From the NCBI RefSeq assembly GCF_006345805.1, contig NC_043000.1, positions 80,910,001 through 80,974,000 on the forward strand: DNA of 64,000 bases, in the 5' to 3' direction. The notes below the pieces were generated by a model. It was not told the origin of the DNA. It did no database searches and worked only from the letters and a program-made list of their open reading frames with translations. The translations under genes and the position numbers were made by a program. The DNA is from Octopus sinensis. Lineage: Eukaryota. This document shows positions 35,575 through 49,255 of the stretch, piece after piece; the stretch's first letter is position 1; every line of letters begins with the position of its first letter.

Positions 35575-35800
35575 ACATGGAGGCACATGACCTAATGGTT
35601 AGAGTAATGGAATCATGGTTGCAATGCCTCTTGTTCTTGAGCAAAACACTTCATTCCATGTTGCTCCAGTCCACTCAGCTGGTGAAAATGAAGGCCATGG
35701 TAACTCTTTGGTGGTGTATTGTTGGACTCATCCACTATAACTTCTTAAAACCATTACCTGTGACAGGCTGGCATCTCGTCATCATGGAAACCAGGTAAGA
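35575..35800 (+). mobile_element. SINE family C (tRNA head, CTTGAGCAAAACACTT core)
   Basis: GAGGCACATGACCTAATGGTTAGAG head and GTTGCTCCAGTCCACTCAGCTGG body. Related copies at about 22365-22470 (-) and 53760-54080 (+). Confidence 0.6.
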
Positions 35801-36586
35801 CTATAAGACTCTGCAAGAATCTCTGAAAAACATTGGCCTAATCACAACTGAGACACCTTTCAGCATAGATTGTTGTTTCTTATAGCAGAAGTGGGTTGCT
35901 ATGAGAATTGAAAAGGGGAGAGTCATCAAAGGTTGTTTTAAACTTTTCCAGTTGCATGGTGAAGAAAGAAGAATTATTTGGTTGTGAACTCTACTTTGTT
36001 TTCTCATTAATAAAAACAAAGTGGCCAGGGAACAGAAATTCCATTAAAATATATTTTATGTATTTATTTTTGTGTTGGGTAGCATGTACCCCTCAGTTTG
36101 ATAACCATTGTGATCATTCTACTCTATCAGGGTTAGTTGGAGATTAAACAACGTTATCACCATCACCACATCCGCATTATCACCATCATCATCATTATCA
36201 TCCTCATCTTCAAAAACAGACACTGGAGCAGAAAGCAAATCTTGGACCTTTTGGATCCTGTTAAACCATCCAACCCATGCCAGCATGGAACTTGGATGTT
36301 AAATGATGATAATGATGATGACGATGGATGACAACCTCCATCAACAACAACCACTACCATTAGCATTGATGTTGTCATCTCTGTCGACTTTGTTTTGACA
36401 TCTGTTTTTCCTTCTTTGACATGGAGTGTGTGTGTATGTGAACATACGTACTAGTGGAAGATGTACAGTATATCACCAGACATCTCAATTCTTGACCTAA
36501 TTTGTGAGACCAAACATTTTGTGATTGACTCTTCCTTTTCTCATGTCTCTATGAATCTGCTTGACTCTCTTTCTCTCATTCTATCA

Positions 36587-36627
<41 letters not shown>

Positions 36628-37372
36628 ACTCTCTACAAAGACATCTACTGAAATAACCTCTAACAGGAGATGTCATCCATTCACTGATATAGCCACCTCT
36701 TCTAACTGCATTACCTCCAATGTCTTTAAAACCAAAACATATTCTCAACTGAAATGCAACCCTATATTATTTGGTACTACACACGTGATACATCAAAGTT
36801 ACTTATTTCTACACAATCACTGTAAGGGAAAATTTTTGCTAACACAATGAGAAACTATAATGATTTTACATAATGAGCAAGTGTTCTGTAGAATTTATGT
36901 CTACAACCAAAGATTGTTTTCATCTCATTTCTCCCCTTAACCACCCTTCTATTCGACTGTTCCTTCTGCTTCCTTCCACCCTTCCTCTTCTTTTCAGCTT
37001 TTGATAATTTCATTAGATGAGGATAAACAGCATTTATGAATCTTTTGGAGTTTTCAAGTGAACTGGGTGGAAGACCAGGCACCTTATCCAAAACAAAGTA
37101 GATCTTGCTAAAGGCATTGAAAGAACAAGTGGTGGTAGGTAGTGTTAAACTGGACAATGGTTCAAGTTTACCACACAAGAAAGATGCATTCCCGCCAACA
37201 ATCTATTATATTCTAGTTATAGAATTTCCCTCTCACTGCTTTTATTAACCTGTGGTTGTGGTAGAAACACTACAAAACCATGTTTTAAAGACTAATTCTA
37301 CTTAACTCCAAATGATTATATCTTCTATGTTAGCATCAATTGAATCCATGTTCTTCTGTTTTTGTTTTCTAG

Positions 37373-37515
37373 GCCTGGAGACAGGACTGGAGAGGATTTA
37401 GATTTAATTTACTGTCGTCTCAAAGAAATTCAAGCATTTGATAAATTTCACCCAATGCTCTTACATCAGATCTGCATTGTTGGTTACTATGAGGACCTGG
37501 AGAAAGGTGTTACCT
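37373..37515 (+). CDS. RAPGEF4: Internal coding exon of Epac (cAMP-regulated Rap guanine nucleotide exchange factor), start of N-terminal cNMP-binding region
   Basis: 143 bp between polypyrimidine tract + AG (37351-37372) and GTAAGT (37516-37521). Translates [47 protein letters not shown], closely matching human RAPGEF4 [47 protein letters not shown] (recalled from memory). Absent from the ORF track because it is a short exon. Confidence 0.9.
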
Positions 37516-38039
37516 GTAAGTAATCATACACTTTTTAATAATTTTTGTTTTATATTTTACTTGGATTCTTATTTCATATGTGAACACCTAGCTTTATAGA
37601 GGCTCTGTTGTTGTTGGTCACAATACTTTTTCAGATTCTCATGTTTCACTGTCACCAACCAATTCCATTACTATGAGTTTGAATTGGGAGCCTGAATCAT
37701 AGTGAATCTTTCATTAACTGATTACACAACCAGAGACGCTACTCCTATGGATGCATTGCAGTTACTCTCTCAATAGAGCTTGGTGATCCTTACTGTTGAT
37801 CTTCTAGGATTCCTCCACTCAGAATCAATGTAAGAAGCACCATTGGCCCAGTTGAGCTTTTCCACTACCTCTTCACACTCCACCATGCTGCAGTCCCACA
37901 ACTTCACTGTAACCCTGGCAGGTTGGCTGAACAGGTGCTATGCCTTGCCAAAGAGCAACCCATAACAGTGCTGGGTACAGTTGTCACTTCATGGGGTATT
38001 TTCAAAATATCCACATACCTACATATAAGCTCTGAAGGA

Positions 38040-38480
38040 ACGAAAATTGATTGCAGTATGGTAAATTTTATGTGTTTTATTTTTCAAATTATTGAGGACT
38101 AGAAGACAAACCCAGCCTTGCTCAGGATTAAAATAGTTTATTATTGTTTTACTTATTTCGGTATTATAACCCAGTTTCATTCGGGTCTATGTGGGCTACA
38201 TTTTAAACGATTAAGAATGTTGCTCTGGAGGCCACGCATTTCAAATGAGCAAACTCAAAATTGCTATACAAACTCGCCAGCACTTTTAACACAGGTGTGC
38301 AAATTTTCAGCTCAATCTGACCACATATGCACACATTATATATATACATATGCATTACAAGATAAGAAAATGGAGAAATACATCTGCATTAAATATATAT
38401 GCACATATATACACATTATATACATACACACACACATATATATATACATACGCATTATGTATACATATGTATACACATTA

Positions 38481-38522
<42 letters not shown>

Positions 38523-38549
38523 TATATATACATATATATATATACACAT

Positions 38550-38580
<31 letters not shown>

Positions 38581-39240
38581 TATATATATATACACATACA
38601 CGCACATATATAAATTAACATAATAAGTATCTGATTAATAATATCTGTTATCATTATTGTGCGGTGGTGGTGAGCGATAATAATTCACCATTGTAAAAGC
38701 CCTATAGTGGGAATATTTAAACTTCAAGAGAGTGAAATATATTTCCGACACAATGTAATTATTTACTATTTTATTCCTCTCCATTAATCACACTTGCGGC
38801 TGTCAATGCTTTCTCTTTATAGATACAGAAAGACATACACAGAGAGAGAGAGGGGCTGGGAGAGAAAGAGCGACAGAGAGACAGCGAATATGGAGAGGGA
38901 AAGAGAGTGAGTAGAAGCTGTCAAAAACTGTTATATAGATAAAGACGAGGGAAGGGGGAAAGAGAGAAATGGAAGAAGAAAGGGTGATAACTGTAAGAAA
39001 GAAACAACAAACACTTGCCAAAGTCTGTTTAAAGAAGATGAATTTTCCCTCTTTTTGCCATAGTAATCACATCTTTATAGCTTGCAAATTTTAACCATCG
39101 CAGGTCTCATCCTCACCACGCATTTAGTATCCCTGCCAATTTTCAGCTCAATCCTAGCCTCGGTTTGGCTGCCATTAACCGTCAAAGCAAAATGTGCATA
39201 CAATTTTCGTGCAAGGACTGTTTTATAGATATAGATTTGT
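38040..39240 (+). mobile_element. Possible non-autonomous Helentron-type element with internal (TA)n and (GA)n
   Basis: AATTTTCAGCTCAATC at about 38301 and 39138, a TTTTATAGATATAGAT end, and retained CpGs. Termini not established. Confidence 0.35.
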
Positions 39241-39889
39241 CTGGCAGCACCAAACTGTTGGCATTTTTTTTTGTTGTTTTTAGATCCTATGTTATCTGAA
39301 TGCCTGGATTTATACTGAAGTAAGAATTAATTACAGGATGGTAGCAATATATCAGCTTACTATTCTGTTGTTAGTTGAGAGAAATCTCAAGAGTTAAGAC
39401 TCTTCAGACATTATGAAAATGTTGACATCTTTTTTTTACTCTATATTCAATCTTGGAATACTTGTCTTCTTGCAGGGCCAAGGGAACAAGTATTTATACA
39501 GAATAAAGACAATATTACAGTTTGCTCCATGTTTTCCATAAAAAAATTTCATGTAGTTAGAAGTTTTATCAAAGCCCAAATTACATTAAGACATCTTATT
39601 TTGTTTACCCTATTTCATCTCTGGATATATGGTTTATGCTACAGCAAGGGAACCAGGGTTGACTAAAAGATTCTAACAATATTTCAGACAACCATTGTCA
39701 CAAAAGATGTCCAGTATTTAAGGATTTTTTAAACTGCTATCACACAACACATCAATACTGAAGAATAAAAACAAATCACAAATACATATAATTAGCTACA
39801 GTATCAGTAGCTTCATCAACCACAAACACTGAATCTGATAAACCATATGCTACCTGTGTAAATTATTTATGGAAATTTCTTCTACATTT

Positions 39890-40290
39890 ACTAGTTTCAA
39901 TCAATGGACTGCAGCCATGCTAGGACACTGCTTTGAAGGGTTTTTGTCAAACAAATAAACTTCTGTACTTTAAGCCTAGTCTGGTACTTATTCTCTCAGG
40001 CTCTTATGCCACACCACTAAGTAATGGGAAAGACACACACACACGCACACACATATCATTGACAATAGCTTAGCTGGCCAAAACTTTAAAGTCATTTGCA
40101 ATACTATTCTTATTAAAGAATAATATACATACATATATATGCACACACACACATACACACACAATGGTCTTCTTTCAGTTTATGTCAACTAAATTTACTC
40201 ACAGGGCTTTGGCTGGCTATAGTAGATTACATTTGCCCAAGGTGCCATGCAGAGGGACTGAACCCAGAGCCATGTAGTAGGCAAGAAACT
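39890..40290 (-). mobile_element. SINE family A, diverged
   Basis: CATTTGCCCAAGGTGCCATGCAG..GACTGAACCC head region, internal (CA)n, tail motifs. Confidence 0.75.
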
Positions 40291-40765
40291 TACCACACAC
40301 TGACAATTTTTTTTTTAATTTTGTTTTTACCATTTTAGATAGAGAGGAAAGGAAAACACCCATTTTTTTCTTTCTTTCTTTCTTTTTTTTTTTCAACCTC
40401 TAAAATTGGTGGGATGAAGGGATAACCTCAAACCTGTGATCTGGTTGGAATTATTTTATCGGAATGAGCTCTACTAAAGAACAAAAACACCAAGAGGAGG
40501 TGCTAGACTGAGTTACAGAATAAATCGAAGCCAAGAACACTGAATATAAAAGAGTAGAACAAATACCACAAAGTCTGTCAGCCAATACCCTAACAATTCT
40601 AACAATTCTCTACACTAGACTGTTATATTTTTTCATTAACCCAGAAAAGATGAAAGACAACATTGACTGCTACAGGACTTGTACCCAGAGCAATGATTAT
40701 CATATCATATACCATCAAGCATTTTTACCTGTATTCTAATGAGTCTGCCAATTCACTGTTTAAAT

Positions 40766-41118
40766 CAGTGGTTCTCAACCGGAGTCCATATAAGATTTTG
40801 TTGTTAAAATTTATGTGCAATAAACTCGTTATATTTCTACAGTACAACAAATGTTTAAACATATTTTTAATACAATTCCAAATAATATTAACCATAAAAT
40901 ATAATAGAAGCTTTCAGTCAGTGAATGGCTATGAAGGTACACAGATATAAATACATGGTGTTCACTCCAACAAATTGCCCCCGGTACTTATTTTTTTTGT
41001 TTTTAAGTTTGCTACTTATACAGTGTGTCTGTTTTGCTGAACTGCCAAGCTATATGGATGTAAACATACCAACATCAATCAGAGGGGACCGCAGGCAAAA
41101 AATGGTTGAGAACCACTT
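40766..41118. mobile_element. hAT (Charlie/Buster-type) MITE with nested SINE fragment
   Basis: TIRs CAGTGGTTCTCAACC / GGTTGAGAACCACTT. 8-bp TSD GTTTAAAT at 40758-40765 and 41119-41126. Confidence 0.88.
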
Positions 41119-42721
41119 GTTTAAATTATTGCTTCATGAAGACAAAAGACTACAAAAGAGATGAATTAAAAATTAGCTTCACCAAAATAATACCTAACAA
41201 CATTTAGTTTGATCTTTCTATGTCTTTGGTTCGACTTCTTTAGCGGGTACCATTTAACTTTCATCTCTCCAGGGTTTATTAGAATAAGTAGCAGGTCTAT
41301 TTAACATTTAATTGACTATACACCGTCATTCACCCACCTTTCCTCTCACACACAAAAGTAGAAACAATTTATTTTGCACAAACAATTACCGAATTTCATA
41401 GTTGAAGTGTTTTACATAAATACACTTCACTCTGTATATTTTTTTCCTATTAGTTTCCATTGTAGACGAAAATATGGTTTTGTTTTTGCTTATGATTTAT
41501 TGATAAATCGTTGTTGTTGTTGCTGCTGCTGCTGATGTCTTTGTTGTTGTTGTTGCTGTAGCTGTTTTTGTTGATATTGATGTTGCTTTCATCATCATTG
41601 TTATTACTATTGTTGTTGTTGGGTAACTGTTGTGTCTATATTATTGTTGCTTCCATTCTTATTGTTGTCGCTATTTCTGACTTAGTTGCTGTTGTTGTTG
41701 TTGTTGTTGTTTCTATAATTTTCTATTGTTGATATTGTTGTCAACGGCTTCAACAGTGATAATTATAAAATATGAAGCAACAGGTCATGATATTTTGATA
41801 CACTAACAGTTATCGATATTCTTCAACTGATCAATATTTCGAAATGGTATTTCCATTTTATTTATTTATATATATTTATATATTTTTTGTGTATTATCAG
41901 TAAAAGTCTTGAGGAGGATGTTTTTGATATTTATTATGCAAAGAATATTTTGTTTTTGTCAGGTAGCACATGCACACAGACGTACATACACTCCCATGCA
42001 CATATATACACATATGCACACAAACACATATATGCACACATATACACATATATATACATCCACGCATATATAAATATATATATATATATATACACCACAC
42101 ACACACACAGGGAGTGAGAGAGATAGTAAGGTAGATAAGTGCAGGTAAGCTTACATGGATCTAAGAAAATACAGATTGTAGAATGAAGAACAAAGATAAC
42201 AAAAGAACAGAAGAATTCTGTAAAGTCTTATCTTGACAGCTGTTTCTAAGATGGCCATAACTTATGTAATAAGCACATTCACATCAATATGTGTGTGATG
42301 TCATAAGTGAATTTCTGCAAGTCCCGATGGAATTGCTAAATAAAATAGGTGGAAAACATACATTTTCTAGCAAAGTTTATGGATATAATAGATTAAAGTG
42401 AGCAGAGTGGGGTAGGGAAGAAGGAAAGGAGGAAGTAGAGGGAACAGTCAAATAGTAAGGGTGGTTAAGGAGAGACACAAGATGAATATAATCTTAGTGT
42501 AGATATAAATTCTACAGAACATTTGCTCATTATGTAAAATCATTTTAATTTTACATTGTCATAGCTAAAATTCTCTCACTTTCAGTATCATCTTTTTTGC
42601 TAATCCCACTCCCTAATCGCAGTGCTTATTTTCCTACACTCCTCATTTCCCCACCTGTCTTGTTCTTAACTGGTTTATCTTTTCTGTGGATTACTACTTT
42701 GGCTCCCCGCTATTTTTTCAT

Positions 42722-42940
42722 TAAGGTGGCAAGCTGGCAGAAATGTTAGCATGCCAGGCAAAATGCTTAAGAGCATTTTGTCTGTCTTTACATTCTGAGC
42801 TCAAATTCCACTGAGGTCAACTTTGCCTTTCATCCTTTCAGGGTCAATAAATTAAGAACCAGTTGCATACTAGGGTCGATCTAAACAACTGGCCCCCTCC
42901 CCTAAAATTTCAGGCCTTGTGCCTAGAGTGGAAAAGAAAA
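42722..42940 (+). mobile_element. SINE family B, near full length
   Basis: AAGGTGGCAAGCTGGCAGAA head and GAGGTCAACTTTGCCTTTCATCCTTTCAGGGTCAATAAA core. Confidence 0.75.
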
Positions 42941-43789
42941 GAACAATATTTCTTTGGCCAGCTGTTAACTTTATCTTTTTTATGTTTGATCTTAGTCAAG
43001 CAATATCTTCATTTCATGTTTCCCCTTAACCACTCCTTCTTCACTAATCCACTCTGCTCCTCTCTTAATCCTTTATATTTGTAAACATTGCTGGAAAATA
43101 CACCTCTACCGTCTTACTCTTGACAAGGGACACCTAACTTACTTTAACAATTTCATTGGAACTTTTTGCAAAACACACACACCCATGACATCATGTACAT
43201 ATTGCATATGAAAATGGACATTGCCAAAGTTATGGCCCTCTTGAAAACCATTTTTCTGATAACATTCTTGGGCACCTTCATGAATTCCATATGCTTACAA
43301 AATCAGGAAACAGCACAGTAGCACCCATGATGTTCAGAAACATTTTTTCATCTTCAGAATTGCTGAAGCATGAAATAAGCTACTTGTATCAGTTGCTAGT
43401 TATCAGGAGACTACATCATTAGGTAAAATTTTGAACAGGTATAATACCTTAAGCATGATGAACCCAACCAACATTAATGGATAAGTAGTATTTTAAAAAG
43501 ATAACATTCAAATTTATAGGGATGGCTTTAACAGGCCTGCGAGAGGCAAAGAGATCAAACAACTCTATTATTTCAAAACACTTAACTTAATTAGTTTATA
43601 GCCAATACTGGCTATGAGAACATGCAAAAGACACAGACATGTTATAGCCAAGAGATATCCTTTAGATTATTAAAGTCAGGCACATATCTTATCGGTTATG
43701 TGAAATGAAAGAAAGCAAACATCAGGGCAGCAGAAAATCATAAAATTGTCATCACCTTTTCAAACATGAACACACAGACAGACAGACAT

Positions 43790-43798
43790 ACACACACA

Positions 43799-43842
<44 letters not shown>

Positions 43843-43995
43843 CATGCATGCACACTGATACACACACATACACACATGCAGGCATGCACACACACACACA
43901 TATACATAAATACACATACATATATATATATGCACACACATATACATACACACATGCACACCCACACACACACATACTCACACATACACACAGCC
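43790..43995. repeat. (CA)n/(TA)n compound microsatellite
   Basis: Direct reading. It explains the poly-CV ORFs in the track. Confidence 0.95.
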
Positions 43996-44924
43996 CTAAA
44001 CCAAAATGATATATCATAAAGTAAGCTATATATATGAGAGATATACATGAAAACAAAGATGAACAACAGGCAGCAGATCATACACCAGATTATCAAATAT
44101 TTCCCAATTTGTTGAATGATAGAGTTTGCAAACAAATATAATGAGAAAGTATAATTGGGAGGACGATGGTCGATGACATAATATCACTCAAATGATATTT
44201 AAATATTTAATAATATTTAAATGAGAAGAGTACACTTAACTATGTTATAGAATGTGGCTAATAAAAAGCCAAAAAGTTAAGAGATAAATAGTATTATTCA
44301 TAGCCTATTTGGTAATTGGTTTAAAGTATGAAAATGTATTTCTAATATAATGCAAGCATTTCACCCTAAGTTCATTAGGTTTGTTAAGGATATTACCTGA
44401 ACTTTTAAGTATTTCCCATAATTTAGTGCAGGAAAAGGTACACTTGTATCTATCGTTTGAATAAGGTAATGCATATTTCATTATGCTGTAGGTAATTTAG
44501 AATCCCAATTTTTGGCTTTCAGTATTTAAATATTTTTCTGCTAGCTTTATTATGATTATTGGAGGTATAAGAATGATTATATAACCTCTGCTTGAATTTG
44601 AAAGAAATAGAACTGATGTAAGTAGAAGTGTTTAGGTTAGTTATTACTTCACTCTATAGATATTTTTAGTGATACATAGAAGTTTATTTTTATAATTACA
44701 TAATTTAGGAGATTTATGGCCAAAGTACTTAGTGTTATTCAAGGACCACAGAGAGTGATAACTATCGTTAGATCTGATAGCATCACCCAAATTATCTGAG
44801 GTCATGTAAGAGACAGTGAGGTTTATCACTAACAGCACTACTATTGCAATGGTGGGAGTTAAAACAATTACCATGATCATTAATGGCTACGTAACTTTCA
44901 TTTACATTAAAATCAACCTTAGGT

Positions 44925-46781
44925 ATCCATAAGCTTTCAATTGTCTTTCAAGTGCTTAAAGCCCTTCTGATAATATTTCCTGTTTTTAAGAGGGAAACTT
45001 TCTGTAGAAGCTCTATAGGACATTCTATTCCAATCTCCTTCAACTATTTCTCTATATTTTTACTTATATTCCCAGTTTACAGTGTACCATTTATTACAGG
45101 TGCAACCTTTACAGTTTTCATATTCCAAATTCTTGCAATTTCAAACTTTAAGGGATTGTATTTTTTTTTTTTCATCCACTTTCTTTACAATCCTGGTATC
45201 AAATGGACATGATGGATCAATTTGTAAGCAACTTTGCTTTTCCTTGCCTATTATTGTTATGTCTGATCTATCAATTTCCAGTTTCTTATTCATTTGAAAA
45301 AGGAAATCCCACAGAAATTTGCATTCCTCTCACCCCAACACTATTTTGACCCGATGGTTATACCATGTACCTACAGCTTCAAATTTCCATTTCTGACTAA
45401 ACTTTCAGCGTAAAACTTTCACAACTTGGTTATGCGACCTGGGGATGATTTATCTGACCATATCCTTTTCTCAAATCATTAGCTATTTTAACTTTCCATA
45501 ATATCAAACTGAGTGGTATCATGGCTAATACTAATAGTAATGGTGAAATTACCTTGAAATATACCATTCTAATGTTCACTTTCCCAAGTCTTTACTTTCC
45601 TCCAATCAATTCAGTATTCCAATGTTTCATACTTTCATTAACTGTTTTTCTCCATATTTTCTGCCACTCCAAACATGCTCATTGTTTTACTTTCCAATTA
45701 TGTGGTACCATGTCGCATCCTTTTTTGTAAAGCATATCACATGCTACATTCAGTCCTGTCAATCTGCATCTACAATTTCTAATTATCATTTTATCAATTA
45801 ATAAGTGGACTTCTATTGCCTTACTTTGTTTTCTGCATCCTTTCTGCTCTTCTGGAAGTAGATTGTTATATAAATAGATTATTATATAGTTTCTCTGCCA
45901 AAATACCTGCCATAAGCTTCCATACAAGTTACAGGTTGAAAATTTGATGCCAAGTCACCTTTCAAGGGATCCTTGAGACATAACAACATTCATCCACTTC
46001 TCATCCTGGTAAGGACATGCCCCTGCTGCAGGCATTCATCCAGTTATGCAGCAATCCTTTCATACAGCTGTGTAAAGTTCTTTGGCCAATAGCTTTGTAC
46101 TCAATCCAGGCCAGGTTCTTCCCAATTTGCTATTTTTTTAGACTTCAGTCTCACTGCAAATAGATCAACTCTGATGTCCGTTGTCTTGACACTGTTGCAA
46201 GTTGTCTTTCCACTTGTGTTAGCCACTCTGCACTTTCTTTATGTCTCACCAGCCTGTTCCACAGTTCTCCTCTAAATATTTTACTTTCTTCTGCATCTGG
46301 AATCATTTTCTGTTGCTGGTCCTCCTTCATTTCCTTAAAAAGATGCATTTTATTTGATTTAAACTGTCTATTTTGTTCCAAACCTTTACATCTGGCATCA
46401 TATCTTTTCAATTTAGACTTTTATTCTGTCACCCTTTGCGATAATTCTTCCCCTCTCCTCTGATTTGTACTTTCCGTTCATTTTCTGATTACTGCCTCAT
46501 TCTTGAGCTCTCCTCTTATTATCCTATTCAATTGCCCTAGTTCTTTCTGTGTCTTATCCAACTTCATTCGTAGTCTCTTCCTCCAGTTTGGTTCTTTCTT
46601 TTCATTTCCTTTCATTTCTTCCATTTTCTGCTTGTATCCTATCATGTCAGCTACAACATTAGCAGCAGCTATGATTAACTGGTTTGTTTCACTAATGTTT
46701 TCTGTTGTTACCAAGCTCAAAACATCATTTACTTTGCCTGCGGCTCTACATACTTTTCCTCTGCCTATATATCTTACATTT
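44925..46781 (-). mobile_element. Degenerate R4/Dong-like LINE, same family as 248-1922, with internal deletions
   Basis: EEQKGCRKQ...LLIDKMII...YKKGCDMVPHNW (RT) and RSDITIIGKEKQSCLQIDPSCPFDTRIVKK (REL). The 3' end AAGCACTTGAA....ATTGAAAGCTT matches the first copy. (AAT)-rich 5' flank. Confidence 0.88.
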
Positions 46782-47182
46782 GGTATTATTGTTATTATCA
46801 TCATCATTATTAATAGTTCTGTAAATGACATTCATAATAATGAGACTTGTGTTGAATATTAATGATAATAATGATTGTAGTGATAAATTTTCCAACACTA
46901 ATGTTACTTATATGAATGGTAATAATGATTTGGTGGCCACACAAACTAGATTGACAACCTTTCTGATTAAGAATTTACTATTCAACAGAGGTTAATCATT
47001 AGTAACTTCAGACTTTGGGCTATAAGAACTCCAAAAAGAAAACCAATCTGGAAAAGAAAGATTTGGAAGCTTAAATAGCTTAAAAGCTTGCATCATCAGA
47101 AATTTAGAGACGTCTTAATTGAAGCATTTGACCAGAAGGTGGAGGATATAGAAACATATAACATAGAGGATAACTGCACGGT

Positions 47183-49255
47183 CCTATGGAACAGTTTACT
47201 GAGGGCCCCAGACCAAATTTATGGCTGGTACAAAGCCATAACCAGACCTAGGGTGACATGGTAGTTGAACAATGCCATTAGAACGAAGAAACAGGTCTGG
47301 AAGATTTGGAAGAATGGGAGTAGTAGAGACCTGTGCCAGGTAGAGAGAAGAGAAGCTGAGTGACAGGTAAATTTAGCTAGGGAAGAAGCAGAAAGAGAAA
47401 ATTTTGCCAATGTTCTGCAGCATGCAGACTAGAGACTTGACATGTTCTAGATTGCAGGACAGTGTGTCAGAGAAAATTGTGATACTGTAAAAAAGAAGTG
47501 TGTTTGGCTGGATGATGGTGCACTTGTGCTTAGTGATTCTGCAGAGAAAGAGGCATGGAAGTGTTAGAATGAAAGGCTGCTAAATGTGGAAAATACATGG
47601 ATAAAGAGAGTCTTCACCCAAAAGATTTATATTAGAATTAAAGAAGCTTCAGGTGTGTAACCAAAGTCTGGAAATATAGGGCCTTAGAGTTAACAAAGAC
47701 TAAAGTACTTGTAAGTAGGAAAACAGACAAATTACTAAAAAAGGTGTAGGTAGAAACTTCATGTGGTGTACCAGTGTAAGCTAAGGATACATTAGAGGAG
47801 TAGTGGAATTACAGGAAGGTTAACATTGAAAATAGTCTTTGTGTGTGACAGATGTGCAGAAATAATAAACAATAAAAACACGCTAGAAACAGATTCTTCA
47901 AATGCCCAGGGGGACCCTTAGAGTTTGTAGATAGTATCCATTATCAACATGACCAAGTTAGCAGTGGAAGTGGGTGCTCTAAAAGCATAATTGCTAGAAT
48001 AAGAACCAGCTGGCCAATTTCAGTGAGCTGTTACCTCTCTTGGTAACAATGGGCCCCTCCCTCAGAGGGAAAGACAGATTGTATGATATCTGTTCACAAA
48101 CATCTGTGCTATGTTGCAGAGAAACATGGGCTATGAATGTAGATGACATGCAAAAGCTTGAAAGAAATGAAACCAGCATGCTCCAGTGGATGTGCAATGT
48201 CAGTGTGCATGTATGACAAAGTATAAATGTTTTGTGTGAAAATTGTGTATACGAGACTTAAGATGAAGTGTGGAAGCAGAGAAACTGTGGTTACAAGATG
48301 CATATGAATGAAGACAGGTGCATAAAGAAGAGCTGATCTCTAAATGTAGAGGGAATCTATGAAAGAGAAAGACCCAGGACAATGTGTGATGTAGTGGTCA
48401 AAAATGATCTTCAGAAGTTGAGCCACACAGAGAGGACAAAAGCTGAGACACTATGCTTAAGAAGGCCCATCGAGTTAAGTAAAATCGAGGCCAAAATGCT
48501 AGTCCTTTATGTCTGTGTTCTCATGTGAAGGAGAGTTTTGTGGGGGACAAACCTCTTCCCCACATTTCATCTTACCAACACCTCACCCCCACCCATTCAT
48601 GTTCCCCACGTGCTGTATTCCCCTCCTTCTATCTTCCACTCTCTCTCAAAAAACCCACCTCTACACTATGTCTCTGTGAAATCTCTTCCCCACAACATAT
48701 CCTTCCAACACTCCTCCCTCTGTCCATGCTCACTCACTACATTCCTCTCTCCTCCATGTCTCACTCTCCTTTCAAAACCTCACACATTTACCCACCCATT
48801 CACCCTGTCCAATCCCCATCCCATCCCATCTTTACCATCTTATTTCTCTTCTCTCTCGCTCTCTCTCTCACTTCTTTCACCAACTGAGGTAACCATGTAT
48901 CTCCTTTACTGAAAGGATACCTTTTTCTGTCTCACTATTTATATTCTAACTCCTCGTCACCTGCCAAAAAGCCACCATCCCTCAATGTTACTGCCCACTT
49001 CAGTTGGGAGGTTTTGCTTTGCAAGTCTTGCAAGTTATGTGCTGACTTCACTGCTGCTTGCGCCAAATAAAAAGCACCCAGTACACTGTGTAAAGTAGTT
49101 GGCATTCAGAAGGGCATCAAACCATAGAAACAATGCCAAAGCAGGCAGTAGAGCTAGGTGCAGTCTTCTGATTTGCCAGCTCTTGTCAAACCATCCGATC
49201 CATGCCAGCATGGAAGGAGGACATCAAATGATGATAATGATGATGGTGGTGGTGG
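47183..49255 (+). mobile_element. Degenerate RTE LINE with internal deletion, 3' UTR and (ATG)n tail
   Basis: Broken-frame KEAW...ERLLNVENTW and ARIRTSWP.SVSCYLSW regions homologous to 31506-32250. Tail GGACATCAAATGATGATAATGATG. Confidence 0.8.

Noticed and set aside
39688-39732. TTIVTKDVQYLRIF, resembling the ATIVTRE...LRI part of the Epac cNMP domain
   Set aside because: An in-frame stop follows at once, there is no donor site, and the intervening FRQGD exon is absent. Treated as chance.
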